Part shown: positions 9,365 to 19,477 of the stretch, piece after piece
Numbering within the stretch: the first letter of the stretch is position 1
How the letters are laid out: each line of letters begins with the position of its first letter
Origin: Candidatus Magasanikiibacteriota bacterium
GTDB taxonomy: Bacteria > Patescibacteriota > Patescibacteriia > Magasanikbacterales > UBA922
Assembly (NCBI GenBank): GCA_018650645.1
Contig: JABIFP010000020.1
Coordinates: forward strand, 8,385-72,384
Reading direction: 5' to 3'
DNA length: 64,000 nucleotides
The notes under the pieces: generated by a model
Databases searched by the model: none
What the model was told of the DNA's origin: nothing
Seen by the model: only the letters and a program-made list of their open reading frames with translations
Program-made: the position numbers and the translations under genes

Positions 9365-10108
9365 CTACACTCTCTTTCTCTTCACAAACGCCACTGTTCC
9401 ACCAGCTACGAGTAGTCCAGCAATAAACACTACAATTAGTGTTAAAAGTGACTGACGTTCTTCAGATTCGCGCTTTGCAGATTCAACCTGTTCATCAAAT
9501 GATGTCGTTTTAACCATAGCCTCATCTTGATCTTCTGAATCATCTACCACATTCACTGCAGCTGGTTCTTCCACAGCGTCTTCATTAATCAGTACAGGTT
9601 CTGCAACTACATCCTCGTCCACCGCAACAGCTTCATCGCCGTCTACAGCAGGCTCATCAGCTGGTTCTACCACTGGTTCGTTTGCCTGTGCAGCTTCTTC
9701 TACGGCCTCTTGGTTGTTGTTAATAGCATTTCTAATTGCCTCTAACTGCTCAGGAGTAAGGGCAAGTGCATTATTATCTTCTTCAGCAGCTGCTTCTTCC
9801 TCTGCCGCAGCAGGCTCTTCTAGTAGTTCAACTTCAGCATCATCTCTATCTTCTCCATCAACCAAAATGTCGCTTAAATCCATATCCTGAATACGACTCA
9901 AGTCATCCGCACTAATTACAGGAGACTTCAATAAATCTGCAGAAAGATCTACTGAGAAAGCAAATGGATTTGCAGCAGGAGCGGGTTCCTCGTCTTCAAT
10001 AGGAAGGAAGTCTCCCATTTCTCCACTAAAGCTTTCAGCTAATGTCACTTGCGGCATGAGAAGTGCTAGCGCAAGTAGTAGCATCATTGATACAGAAATG
10101 TTCTTCAT
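9365..10108 (-). CDS. acidic low-complexity secreted protein with C-terminal membrane anchor
   Basis: Signal peptide, long D/E/A-rich low-complexity region, and a C-terminal TM helix followed by KRKRV. Confidence 0.5.
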   Translation of the reverse strand: MKNISVSMMLLLALALLMPQVTLAESFSGEMGDFLPIEDEEPAPAANPFAFSVDLSADLLKSPVISADDLSRIQDMDLSDILVDGEDRDDAEVELLEEPAAAEEEAAAEEDNNALALTPEQLEAIRNAINNNQEAVEEAAQANEPVVEPADEPAVDGDEAVAVDEDVVAEPVLINEDAVEEPAAVNVVDDSEDQDEAMVKTTSFDEQVESAKRESEERQSLLTLIVVFIAGLLVAGGTVAFVKRKRV

Positions 10109-10167
10109 ATGTACTTTCTAAGAATATATGTTCAGTGTAGTATGTATTGGTGCAAAAAGCAACGTCT

Positions 10168-11289
10168 CTATAAAAACAGGAATAAAAGAACTCCAGAACC
10201 ACTAATACCCAGCGTCACTAAACTCAGCCCCGCAATAGCGGCCAAAATATATATACACGCGCGGCCAAGCTGAATCATGATTTCTCTCATAATGATATAT
10301 CCAGCAATATCAGTTTTGTTGGCACGCGTATAAGAAATAACTTCAGTTGGCAGAGTGAGTGTGGTCGTAGCAAGACCATGTGCTGAATCGACTGCATAAA
10401 CCTGTGCAGGTGTACCAACTAATAATCTCCCGATCCAAGTCAATACTGAGAATATTACCCCAAATCGCATTACACGCCGCGGATGCTTATCTGTTAACAT
10501 GCCCACAATCCAAGCCCCAAAGACAGACACAATTATTCCCAGTGAAACAATTGAACCGAGCGCGGTATAACTTGTCACGATTGTTAAGTATACAAACAGT
10601 GGCCAAAGCATTTGTGAACCTGATGCTTGTACTCCATATCCCCAAAAAGCAACTACTTCTCTTTTGAATTTAGGATCAATTTCAGAAAGCTTACAATGTT
10701 TCAGCGGCACCTTTCCATCCTTCGTGAGCAGAAGCGGTATACCAGAGAACACCAAAATCACACTCACCACCAAAAATGTAAATTTAAATCCAATCAACAC
10801 CAGTAAAATCCCCCCAAGGACGGGTCCCGCAGCATGAAAGATAGTAGAGATCACTTTTGCCATGCCTGCGGCCCTACCACTTTGAGTGTTTTTACTGAGT
10901 TTAGAAAAGTCTAGATGATAACCCGTATAATACAGTGCCGTCTGCAACCCACTTATAGCTGCCAATAGTGCTAAATTCAGTGGGGTCAAATCGATTAAGT
11001 ATAATAATATAAAAAATAACACAATAATTGGAGCTGATAGCACCATGCCATGCTTATATCCAAATCGACTACAGAAATGTGCGACAGGCAATACGCACGC
11101 CGCATGGACGAGATTCTTTATTGCAAAAAAGAGGAACACCCAGGTCAGCGTCATCCCCTGTTCTAAAAAGTATATAGGCAAAAAAACGGCAACAATTGAC
11201 AGCGCAAAGTTCCGAACTGCAATACTAATATAGAGCTCATCTAATTCTCTATTTTTAAACAGCCTAATTGTTTCAGAAGGATTCCACAT
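10168..11289 (-). CDS. MFS-type transporter
   Basis: About 12 TM helices in a 6+6 arrangement typical of the major facilitator superfamily. Confidence 0.6.
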   Translation of the reverse strand: MWNPSETIRLFKNRELDELYISIAVRNFALSIVAVFLPIYFLEQGMTLTWVFLFFAIKNLVHAACVLPVAHFCSRFGYKHGMVLSAPIIVLFFILLYLIDLTPLNLALLAAISGLQTALYYTGYHLDFSKLSKNTQSGRAAGMAKVISTIFHAAGPVLGGILLVLIGFKFTFLVVSVILVFSGIPLLLTKDGKVPLKHCKLSEIDPKFKREVVAFWGYGVQASGSQMLWPLFVYLTIVTSYTALGSIVSLGIIVSVFGAWIVGMLTDKHPRRVMRFGVIFSVLTWIGRLLVGTPAQVYAVDSAHGLATTTLTLPTEVISYTRANKTDIAGYIIMREIMIQLGRACIYILAAIAGLSLVTLGISGSGVLLFLFL

Positions 11290-11291
11290 AG

Positions 11292-12284
11292 TTAGTGGGT
11301 CATTGTTTCTTTAGCAATATCCCAATACCGTGCATCGTCATGCTGCGTTCTCATAAATTGCCACCACTCTACTCCCCACAGGTACACCCGCTTTGCACCA
11401 ATTCTATTTGCATAATCGATGTGTTTTTGGAGTCTTTCAGGATTCATTGTAAGTTCCTGCTGCTCTATATCCGTGTTTGTCGGATTCCCGTCAGTAAACC
11501 AGGGTTCACCTTGCAGTTCTGCAATAAAGAAAGTTTCTTTATCAACCCCAGTCAAAAAAGCCTTCCAACGGTATACTGCTGGTGGTAGCCAATCATAATT
11601 AATAATTGTGCCGCCAGGAGTTCTTACAATGCGGTATAGTGTGGTACCAAAATAGTCACCAGCCTTAGCAGCTTTTCTCCAAAGCCCCAATTCCCCACTG
11701 TCAGTAACCAAAATTTTATGCTCTGTGTCTAAGGATTTTACTAGCTCGATTTCTTCATAAATGGCATCCTCAAGATATCCCTCACACTCACCAAACGTAA
11801 AATGAATGAACGCTTCATTTTCTATCTGCCAAAGTTCAAGTGCCTCATGCGTTTTATACCGCTCTACAACCGCTTCCACATAAGAAAGTAGATGCTCTTT
11901 TGAAACTTCTTGCCCATAGTCAAGCCACTGCGGCACATGACACTCTGGCCAGCGCGGTGCTTTTTGCCCAACTACCAACGTTACTTTTGTTCCATGTTTA
12001 GCAGCTTCATCCATCATAAAATCAACCTCAGAAAAATCATACACAAATTTTTCTGGCTCAACCTGCTTCCACATAGCTGCAATTCGCACATACTTTGGTG
12101 ACAGTTCCTCAAGCATCGCGGTATATGCCACTCGCCAATCTAATCCAAGAGAACCTGCGTATTCTTGTGAAAAACTAATCCCATATTCTGGCTCATAATC
12201 TTTACTACTGCGTGACCAAGCAAGGAGATACAGTGCCGCAAGGAGGAGTACTATTGCCCCCAAAATTTTTAGAAATAATTTCAT
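11292..12284 (-). CDS. membrane-anchored glycoside hydrolase (TIM-barrel, GH-A-like)
   Basis: N-terminal anchor, an ENE-containing catalytic-like segment (WQIENEAF) and aromatic-rich sugar-binding style motifs. The family assignment is tentative. Confidence 0.45.
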   Translation of the reverse strand: MKLFLKILGAIVLLLAALYLLAWSRSSKDYEPEYGISFSQEYAGSLGLDWRVAYTAMLEELSPKYVRIAAMWKQVEPEKFVYDFSEVDFMMDEAAKHGTKVTLVVGQKAPRWPECHVPQWLDYGQEVSKEHLLSYVEAVVERYKTHEALELWQIENEAFIHFTFGECEGYLEDAIYEEIELVKSLDTEHKILVTDSGELGLWRKAAKAGDYFGTTLYRIVRTPGGTIINYDWLPPAVYRWKAFLTGVDKETFFIAELQGEPWFTDGNPTNTDIEQQELTMNPERLQKHIDYANRIGAKRVYLWGVEWWQFMRTQHDDARYWDIAKETMTH

Positions 12285-12285
12285 A

Positions 12286-13203
12286 TTACAATACAAATAA
12301 AGCTGATCCAATTACCACGAGTACTATTGCAAATGTCTGCACCCACAGTTCTCTTTTTGTAAAACACTCTTTGAAAATCTTTGGTGTAAATCTGCTTAGC
12401 AAATAAATCATCACAAACATAAGTGCATATTGCACGCCCGTCATTGCAAATACTGGTGTTGTTTTACCAAGCGAGCTAGCATATTGAACAAGTATTACGG
12501 CAACTACACCGATGACTTTATCTAGTGATATAATTGCAACCGTAGAAAGAGTCTGTCGCTCTTGCTTCTTGGTACGTTTTTTCTTTTTTCTTTTTTTAAA
12601 AGATGCACGAACAGACGGAGCAAGCAGTGCAAAAATTGCTACTAATCCAACAAACCCTCTTGTCCACACAAATCCGGTGAAAAAATCATATGCATCGTAT
12701 ACATATTTTGCGCTAACATGAGATAGCCCAAAGAGTACACCAGAAAGGATACCCCACAAAAACCCTTTATGAAATCCTGTGTGCTTTGCCGTTTTTTCAA
12801 ATGAAAGCAAGAATGCCGCAATAATCAAAATCGCCATTCCAAATACTTGCATTTGAGTAAGCGATTCACCAAGAAGCCATGATGAAAATCCAAAAGTAGC
12901 AATAGTCACAACTCCACCAATAAATGGATCTACATGGCTTGCCTCACCAAGCGATACGGCCTCATACATGGTCCACAGCGCAAATCCAAAGGATAACCCT
13001 GAAATAAGTGCCCAGAGCCAATCGATTCCTTGCAATAGCTGCGCGCCAAAGGGAAATGCCAAAAGCGCAGCAAACATAAAAATGGTTGAGTAAAATGCGT
13101 ACACTGCCGGTGTTGATACTGACTTTGTCAGAATCATCTTATCAAGAACAAACACGACCGCGAGTAAAAAATATCCGACAAGAGCAATCCAAAACCACAG
13201 CAT
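12286..13203 (-). CDS. DMT/EamA-like transporter
   Basis: Ten predicted TM helices with a duplicated 5-TM pattern and an internal polybasic loop. Confidence 0.5.
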   Translation of the reverse strand: MLWFWIALVGYFLLAVVFVLDKMILTKSVSTPAVYAFYSTIFMFAALLAFPFGAQLLQGIDWLWALISGLSFGFALWTMYEAVSLGEASHVDPFIGGVVTIATFGFSSWLLGESLTQMQVFGMAILIIAAFLLSFEKTAKHTGFHKGFLWGILSGVLFGLSHVSAKYVYDAYDFFTGFVWTRGFVGLVAIFALLAPSVRASFKKRKKKKRTKKQERQTLSTVAIISLDKVIGVVAVILVQYASSLGKTTPVFAMTGVQYALMFVMIYLLSRFTPKIFKECFTKRELWVQTFAIVLVVIGSALFVL

Positions 13204-13212
13204 ACGTGCAAA

Positions 13213-14577
13213 TTACAATAAATGACCTTCTTCAATTTCGCTTCGCTTTCCTTTTAGAACAATATCTTCTATATGATACGCACCATTTCTTGGCGCATCT
13301 AAATACCCTTCCATTGCCGCTTGCGCAAGCCAACCAGAATCCAGCCAGTCAAAAAGCCATTCATGCGTATATTTTGGATCCTCTTGCTCAACACCCGAGC
13401 CAATATCATGAAGCCACTCTCTGTTAAAATCTTCTTGAGAACCAATTGTTGGTGCCATAATAACCGGAATTCCAAGCGCACTATAAAATGATAGTTCACT
13501 TGGTTTAGTCCAAAGCAAATCCGTTGTTAACATGACTTGGTTAAACTTCTGGAAGTATGCGTATTTTGATTCATCATAAATAATGTTTACGCAACCACCA
13601 TGCGATTTTTCCAAGTGAAGTCGTTTCACTTCTTCTTGAAAGTATCGATATACATCTTGGCGTGAACCAGCAACGAGATTCAAAACAACTTCTTTCTTAT
13701 CAATTTTATCGTGAAGACTTTTTAAAATAGCAATTCCAAGATCTTTTTGCGCACCAGCCCCGCCAACGGCAAACGTAATGGTGAGTGGATGCTTGTACTT
13801 AGGCAAACATTTTTTGTTACCCAAATGATGCGCAATGGTATGATGATACTTTTTATGATACACACCTCTTGGATCAAGATTCTCTAATCTGCACCGCAAT
13901 GTTTCTTTTAAAATTTGTATTGTTTTTTGTGTACCAATATTCTCTTTTGGTAACGGAAACCCCGTCACAAAAATATTCGCTGCTTTTACTCCATAGAGCA
14001 TTAACCGCTCGCGAACACGCTTGTTTGGTGCAAGATACTTAATTTTACTTTTTTTAGGATCCAGAGGTGCCCAGGCTCTACTTATATCCGTATCGGTGCA
14101 AAGGCAATAGATCTCTCCTTTATACCCATGTACCTCTGCCATAAATGCGGTACTAAAAAAAGTAGTAACATATGGCAACGGATCGCTGTTTAGTTTTGTG
14201 ATCAAATCCTTTCCCCAGCCTTTCTGAATCATCTTATAAATCTGCGCGAGCTGCATGATGGGTTTTGAAAGATCTCTCCGGGGATAAAAAGCCTCTATAC
14301 GCTGCAAATAATTCATCAGTTTAAACGCATTTGTTCCAAGAAGTGGAATATTTTTGAATCGAGACACTGTTTCATATAACGAACGACCGCCTTCCCACTT
14401 TCTTCTGTCAGATCGAGGAATTCCTCCGTAGGTATTCGCACTAATAATATGAGACTCCCCCTCTGAAGGAATAAGCGCACAAGGTGATGCCATATCATGA
14501 AGTGGATATGATGCACGCTGATGGCCATAGCCCATATCCACCGTCACTACATACGCTTTTTTATTGTTTGGTTTCAT
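13213..14577 (-). CDS. GT-B glycosyltransferase, MGDG-synthase/UgtP-like
   Basis: N-terminal VVTVDMGYGHQRA (G-rich GxGH loop) and a C-terminal half beginning FAVGGAGAQ, typical of GT28/MGDG-synthase-like enzymes. Confidence 0.4.
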   Translation of the reverse strand: MKPNNKKAYVVTVDMGYGHQRASYPLHDMASPCALIPSEGESHIISANTYGGIPRSDRRKWEGGRSLYETVSRFKNIPLLGTNAFKLMNYLQRIEAFYPRRDLSKPIMQLAQIYKMIQKGWGKDLITKLNSDPLPYVTTFFSTAFMAEVHGYKGEIYCLCTDTDISRAWAPLDPKKSKIKYLAPNKRVRERLMLYGVKAANIFVTGFPLPKENIGTQKTIQILKETLRCRLENLDPRGVYHKKYHHTIAHHLGNKKCLPKYKHPLTITFAVGGAGAQKDLGIAILKSLHDKIDKKEVVLNLVAGSRQDVYRYFQEEVKRLHLEKSHGGCVNIIYDESKYAYFQKFNQVMLTTDLLWTKPSELSFYSALGIPVIMAPTIGSQEDFNREWLHDIGSGVEQEDPKYTHEWLFDWLDSGWLAQAAMEGYLDAPRNGAYHIEDIVLKGKRSEIEEGHLL

Positions 14578-14594
14578 ATGACAGGCAGTTAGAC

Positions 14595-16226
14595 TTAGGT
14601 AATGGCCGCTTTGATAAATGCAGCAAATAATGGATGCGGTGACATTGGGCGAGATTTAAACTCTGGATGGAATTGCACACCAACAAAGAATGGATGCTTT
14701 TCAAGCTCTACAATCTCAACCAAATCTTCTTTTTTGTTTACACCCGAAATTTTCAGTCCAGCCTTATCGATTTGCTCTTTGTAATCATTGTTAAATTCGT
14801 ATCGGTGTCTATGTCTTTCTGAAATCGCGTTTTGTCCATATGCTTTTTTAGCAACAGACCCTTTTTTCAAATCACAATCGTACGCTCCTAATCTCATTGT
14901 ACCACCATATCTATCATTTGTAATATTCTTACGCTGATTTGGATTTACGTGAATCACAGGATGTACCGTTGCATCATCTACTTCAACTGTATGCGCTTCA
15001 GGTTTTTTTAGCACATTTCTTACAAATTCAATACACGCTAATTGCATGCCATAACAAATTCCCAAATACGGAATATTTTTTTCACGTGCGTATTTTATTG
15101 TTGAAATAATTCCTTCAATCCCTCTGGTTCCAAATCCACCTGGCACTAAAATACCATCATAGTCTGAAAGTGTTTTCAATTTGGCTGGATTATTTTCAAA
15201 ATCCTCTGAATCAATCCAAACTAATTTTGGTTTTGCGCCATTTGCCCATGATGCATGCTTCAGCGCTTCAATAACAGAGATATAACTGTCTGAAAGTGTA
15301 TATTCGCCGGTACCAAAGTATTTTCCAACCACTCCAATTTTCACTTCCTTTTTTGCACTTGAAATCTTTTTATTCAGTTTTAGCCATGGAGTTAAGTCTG
15401 ATTTCCTGCTACTCATGCCGAGTAGCTTTAAAAGCTTATTTCCGATTTGCTGATCATCCATCTTTTGAGGAATCTCATAGATAGACTCAACATCAGGAGC
15501 CGAAATACACATTTCTTTTGATACTCCACAAAATCTTGCTAATTTTTCTCTTCTTGGTGTATCTAGCTCATATTCTCCTCTGGCTACAATCATGTCTGCA
15601 TTAATACCTGTGTGATTTAATGCGCGCGCAGCATGTTGTGTTGGCTTTGTTTTCATTTCACCGATATGTTTTGGAACTGGTAAATAACTAACCAAAACAA
15701 CCGCAACATCTTGCGGGTTCTTTAACTTGAGTTCTCTGATTGCCTCAAGAAACAAAATATTTTCGTACTCACCTACTGTTCCTCCAATTTCCATGATGGT
15801 AATATCCGCATCATGCAATTTTCTTGCAACGTTAATGCGTCTAATGATCTCTTCAGGAATATGTGGCACAACCTGCACACATCTTCCTTTATATTTCATT
15901 GACCGCTCATTTTCAATGACACTCTGATATACACGCCCTGTTGTCATGTAATTGGTGCTGGTCAAATCGATTTCTAAAAAGCGTTCATAATTCCCCATGT
16001 CTTGATCCGTCTCGTCTCCGTCATCAGTTACAAATACCTCTCCGTGTTCAATCGGATTCATGGTACCAGCATCGACGTTTACATACGGATCAGCTTTCAA
16101 TGCCGTAGCTTTATATCCCTTTGATCTCATGATGGCCCCAATCGAGGCGCTGGTTACTCCTTTTCCCACTCCACTTAGTACTCCCCCCACAACAAAGATA
16201 AACTTTGGGCGCAATTTTTTTGCCAT
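14595..16226 (-). CDS. pyrG: CTP synthase
   Basis: The N-terminal synthetase domain VVGGVLSGVGKG and a C-terminal glutamine amidotransferase with its GICYGMQ motif. Length is 543 aa. Confidence 0.95.
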   Translation of the reverse strand: MAKKLRPKFIFVVGGVLSGVGKGVTSASIGAIMRSKGYKATALKADPYVNVDAGTMNPIEHGEVFVTDDGDETDQDMGNYERFLEIDLTSTNYMTTGRVYQSVIENERSMKYKGRCVQVVPHIPEEIIRRINVARKLHDADITIMEIGGTVGEYENILFLEAIRELKLKNPQDVAVVLVSYLPVPKHIGEMKTKPTQHAARALNHTGINADMIVARGEYELDTPRREKLARFCGVSKEMCISAPDVESIYEIPQKMDDQQIGNKLLKLLGMSSRKSDLTPWLKLNKKISSAKKEVKIGVVGKYFGTGEYTLSDSYISVIEALKHASWANGAKPKLVWIDSEDFENNPAKLKTLSDYDGILVPGGFGTRGIEGIISTIKYAREKNIPYLGICYGMQLACIEFVRNVLKKPEAHTVEVDDATVHPVIHVNPNQRKNITNDRYGGTMRLGAYDCDLKKGSVAKKAYGQNAISERHRHRYEFNNDYKEQIDKAGLKISGVNKKEDLVEIVELEKHPFFVGVQFHPEFKSRPMSPHPLFAAFIKAAIT

Positions 16227-16285
16227 ACATCAGGTTTAGACAAGATTATACTGACAAGAGTATAGCACATTGAACAAATTCTGTT

Positions 16286-16315
16286 TATGGAAAAGCCCGG
16301 CTCTGAAGCCGGGCT
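16286..16315 (-). terminator. intrinsic terminator for the GC-rich minus-strand islet gene
   Basis: An AGCCCGGC/GCCGGGCT stem is followed on the minus strand by TTTTCC. Confidence 0.4.
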
Positions 16316-16338
16316 GTGTGGGGCGCCTGCGCGCGCGT

Positions 16339-16632
16339 TCATTGTTTGAACGCGTACGCAATTGAGAACGCGGCCATCGCCACGAAGATGACAGGGAACC
16401 AGACAAACCGGTACTTGTCGACCGGGTCAATCACCCAGTGATCGAACCATGTTTTCGGATTTGGACGCTTATTTTCCACAGATCCTCCCTTATGTGGTAC
16501 AGCAGTAATATCACATCTACAAAAAAATGCAACCCTATTCCTTATCTCATCCTGAACAACCACAACTGAAAGTTTGGGGCGTTGAAGGATCCTTCGATGC
16601 CCCGGCTGCGCCGAGGTTACTCTGGATGACAT
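16339..16632 (-). CDS. hypothetical small tail-anchored membrane protein in a GC-rich islet
   Basis: A basic N-terminus and a single C-terminal TM helix (FVWFPVIFVAMAAFSIAYAF) in a roughly 60% GC segment. Start is set at the internal ATG. Coding status is tentative. Confidence 0.3.
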   Translation of the reverse strand: MSSRVTSAQPGHRRILQRPKLSVVVVQDEIRNRVAFFCRCDITAVPHKGGSVENKRPNPKTWFDHWVIDPVDKYRFVWFPVIFVAMAAFSIAYAFKQ

Positions 16633-16707
16633 TTTTTCTTGCGACCTGCCTAACGGCCTGGCTACCTGCAAACGGCAGGCAGGCTCTGAATGGTCCAGTT
16701 TGCAACC

Positions 16708-17154
16708 CTACGCCGAAACGGTCACCTTCACAGCAACCCGCACACCACTACTCAAAACAAGAGTCGGTTTATACGATCCGACCTCTTTCATACCACCTAC
16801 CGACTCAACTTTTTTAATAGTCACGCTCCCAAGCGTATCAGCAAGGGCTGCCTGCAGATCTGATGCCGTTATAGCAGCATACAGCTTTCCACCCTCATTT
16901 GCCGTCCTCTGGAGCTTCACATGCACTGAAGCTAGCCGTTTTTCCACAGTTTTCTTCTCTTTTGACTGCCGTTTCTTCAGTTTTTCTTGCTTTTGCTTCA
17001 TTGCGGCAATTTTAGCCACTTTTCGGGCTGCTGCGACCGTAGCGAGGCCCTTTTTTATCAAAAAATTGTTCGCATATCCGTCAGATACATCGATTACCTC
17101 CCCCTTCTTTCCTTTTCCAGCCACATCGGCCAATAAAATTACTTGCATAGACAC
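16708..17154 (-). CDS. rplI: 50S ribosomal protein L9
   Basis: N-terminus [31 protein letters not shown] matches the L9 N-domain, and the C-domain is also present. Confidence 0.9.
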   Translation of the reverse strand: MSMQVILLADVAGKGKKGEVIDVSDGYANNFLIKKGLATVAAARKVAKIAAMKQKQEKLKKRQSKEKKTVEKRLASVHVKLQRTANEGGKLYAAITASDLQAALADTLGSVTIKKVESVGGMKEVGSYKPTLVLSSGVRVAVKVTVSA

Positions 17155-17209
17155 TTGATTTAATTCGAGTTTTAGGCTATATTAAGCGCATTCAACCAAT
17201 CATCACATT

Positions 17210-18076
17210 ATGAAATCAGGTCTTGTTGTCCTTGTTGGACGATCAAATGTCGGAAAATCGACACTCATGAACACGTTAGTCGGCACAAAAATTGCTGCCA
17301 CTTCTTTTCGGGCGCAATTAACCCGTCACATTATCCATGGTGTCATGAATAATCCAGAAGGGCAAGCAGTCTTTGTTGACACCCCCGGTATTTTCAAAGA
17401 TAAACGAAGCGAGCTGACTGCAAAATTAACACGAAAAGCGCAAGCAGCTGTTGTTGATATTGATGTCATTGTATACGTCGTAGACCCAACCCGTGAAATT
17501 GGTACAGAGGAGCGAGCGGTATTTGGTATGATCCGATACATTAATAAACCAAAAATCATGGTTATTAATAAATCAGATCTTCATTATGATGATAAAAAAC
17601 ACTACGCAGAATATGAAAAGTGGGCTGATGAGTTTGATGAAGTGTTCCACTTGTCTGCTCTTAAAGGATCTCACATTACCCCACTCAAAAATGCCGTCAT
17701 CGATTTTCTTCCAGAAGGTGAACAGCTGTATCCAGACGATCAGCTGACAAATATTGATAACTATTTCTGGATTGCTGAACTTATCCGTGAAAAAATCTTT
17801 AGTGTATTAGACAAAGAACTTCCATACTCAGTATCTGTAGAGGTAGACAATGTAGAAGATAAACCAGAACGAGATGGAAAACCACGCACAATGGTCATTA
17901 AAGCGCGCATCCTTACAGATGAAGAGCGCTACAAAAAGATGATTATTGGAAAACGTGGAATGAAGATTAAAGAAATTGGACTTATCTCTAGAAAAGAATT
18001 AGAGCAATCAACCGGCACAAAAGTATATCTAGAATTGGAAGTAGAAGTTGATAAGCATTGGGTAGAACGATTGTAA
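17210..18076 (+). CDS. era: GTPase Era
   Basis: G1 motif GRSNVGKST, G3 DTPG, G4 NKSD and a C-terminal KH domain. Confidence 0.9.
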   Translation: MKSGLVVLVGRSNVGKSTLMNTLVGTKIAATSFRAQLTRHIIHGVMNNPEGQAVFVDTPGIFKDKRSELTAKLTRKAQAAVVDIDVIVYVVDPTREIGTEERAVFGMIRYINKPKIMVINKSDLHYDDKKHYAEYEKWADEFDEVFHLSALKGSHITPLKNAVIDFLPEGEQLYPDDQLTNIDNYFWIAELIREKIFSVLDKELPYSVSVEVDNVEDKPERDGKPRTMVIKARILTDEERYKKMIIGKRGMKIKEIGLISRKELEQSTGTKVYLELEVEVDKHWVERL

Positions 18077-18086
18077 CAAAAAATGA

Positions 18087-18108
18087 AAGCCGCATCATGC
18101 GGCTTTTT
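18087..18108 (+). terminator. intrinsic terminator after era
   Basis: GCCGCA tca TGCGGC followed by T5. Confidence 0.6.
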
Positions 18109-18154
18109 GAATACCACAGACTTATGATACCCTACCTGCACTTAACTATAGTAT

Positions 18155-18835
18155 ATGAGTCAGGAACCCTTTGGAGGAGATAAAAAAGTTGGCCCAGCAT
18201 CAATTTTTGGACCACTTGAACGACGTGCAATCGACTGGACAGTTCCAAAACTCCCAAAATGGATGACAAGCGCAAGACTGACCATGACCACCGTGCTTTG
18301 GAGCCTTATGATAGTATTAGGAAGTTTCCTTGCCGAGCATATGAATATTCATTGGTTGTGGCTTGTTTCAGCAACGATTCTTATGCAATATATAACAGAT
18401 TCATTAGACGGCTCATTGGGAAAATATAGAGGAGAAGGTCTTGTGAGATGGGGTTACTATATGGATCATTTTTTGGATTATATATTCCTCTGTTCGATTA
18501 TTGTTGGATACGGCTTTTTCCTTCCTGATGATCAGAAATATTTATTATTTTTTGTTTTTGCCCTGCTCACAGCATTTATGGTTAACGCCTTCCTAGCAAT
18601 GGCAGCAACAAATAAATTTAGAATCACGCACATGGGCATTGGGCCAACAGAAATTCGATTGCTATTCATTGTTATCAATACCCTTATCATGTTATTTGGA
18701 AAAACGCATGTCGCCTTCTTACTTCCATATGTATTAGGACTTTCTTTGCTTGGACTTTTGTATCTTGTCTACACCACGCAAAAAGAAATATGGGCAATGG
18801 ATATGCAGGTGCTTAAAACAAAAAAAGACCTCTAA
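18155..18835 (+). CDS. CDP-alcohol phosphatidyltransferase family membrane protein
   Basis: D(x2)DG(x2)GR-like motif ITDSLDGSLGKYRGEG...DHFLD embedded in a multi-pass membrane protein. Confidence 0.7.
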   Translation: MSQEPFGGDKKVGPASIFGPLERRAIDWTVPKLPKWMTSARLTMTTVLWSLMIVLGSFLAEHMNIHWLWLVSATILMQYITDSLDGSLGKYRGEGLVRWGYYMDHFLDYIFLCSIIVGYGFFLPDDQKYLLFFVFALLTAFMVNAFLAMAATNKFRITHMGIGPTEIRLLFIVINTLIMLFGKTHVAFLLPYVLGLSLLGLLYLVYTTQKEIWAMDMQVLKTKKDL

Positions 18836-18843
18836 AGTCTCCT

Positions 18844-18872
18844 GAGCAGGTGGGTTTCCCCACCTGCTCTTT
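18844..18872. terminator. GC-rich hairpin (GAGCAGGTGGG/CCCACCTGCTC), putative terminator
   Basis: An 11-bp perfect stem lies between convergent genes, but the T-run is weak. Confidence 0.4.
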
Positions 18873-18891
18873 GGTTGCTGCATGTGTTCAC

Positions 18892-19425
18892 TCAATGGCG
18901 GAGCCCCGAAATTGGCCGCATGGTCTTGTTCACCGGATCGATGATCCACCCCGTAGCAAAAGGGAGCGTCTCTTCGAACCGGATGTCTTGCGGCATATTC
19001 AAGGCACGAAGCATGTAAATGATGAGCCACGCGCCGATGCTTCCGTGCATCACGAGTACCCGCAGACACTGGTGGGACTGCGAATCAGCAACGAAGCTCT
19101 TTGCATAGCGCTTCAGCAACTCATTGCTGGGCCCATCACCCGATGTCTCGTTCAACTGAGCATCAGCTGAGCAAGCTGGAGTTCCCTCAAGCGCAGACGC
19201 AAGTGCGTTCCGGCTGTGGAGCACATGCGGTGTGCTTGCCGACATCAGCATGATCTCATTGCATCTGCCCAGCTGCTCTGAAATACATACCCCGAGATTG
19301 CGCATCTGCTCCTCCCCCGCAGGAAGCAGATGGCAATTAATGTCCCGCGCGCCATGCCGCACCACTATAATGCAGCCCTTCAGGCTTTGCCCAGCCTGAG
19401 TATTAATCTCCTGTTCAGCAACCAT
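18892..19425 (-). CDS. histidine phosphatase superfamily protein, SixA-like phosphohistidine phosphatase, in a GC-rich islet
   Basis: The RHG catalytic motif in IIVVRHGARD and a second His motif (VMHGS) late in the protein. GGGAGGG Shine-Dalgarno before the ATG. Confidence 0.55.
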   Translation of the reverse strand: MVAEQEINTQAGQSLKGCIIVVRHGARDINCHLLPAGEEQMRNLGVCISEQLGRCNEIMLMSASTPHVLHSRNALASALEGTPACSADAQLNETSGDGPSNELLKRYAKSFVADSQSHQCLRVLVMHGSIGAWLIIYMLRALNMPQDIRFEETLPFATGWIIDPVNKTMRPISGLRH

Positions 19426-19477
19426 TGAACCCTCCCGTTGATGTGTGCTATCTTAACTTTACTTATGAATAGAAAAC

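Noticed and set aside
16527-16817. 96-aa plus-strand ORF across the GC islet into rplI
   Set aside because: It overlaps rplI on the opposite strand. Spurious.
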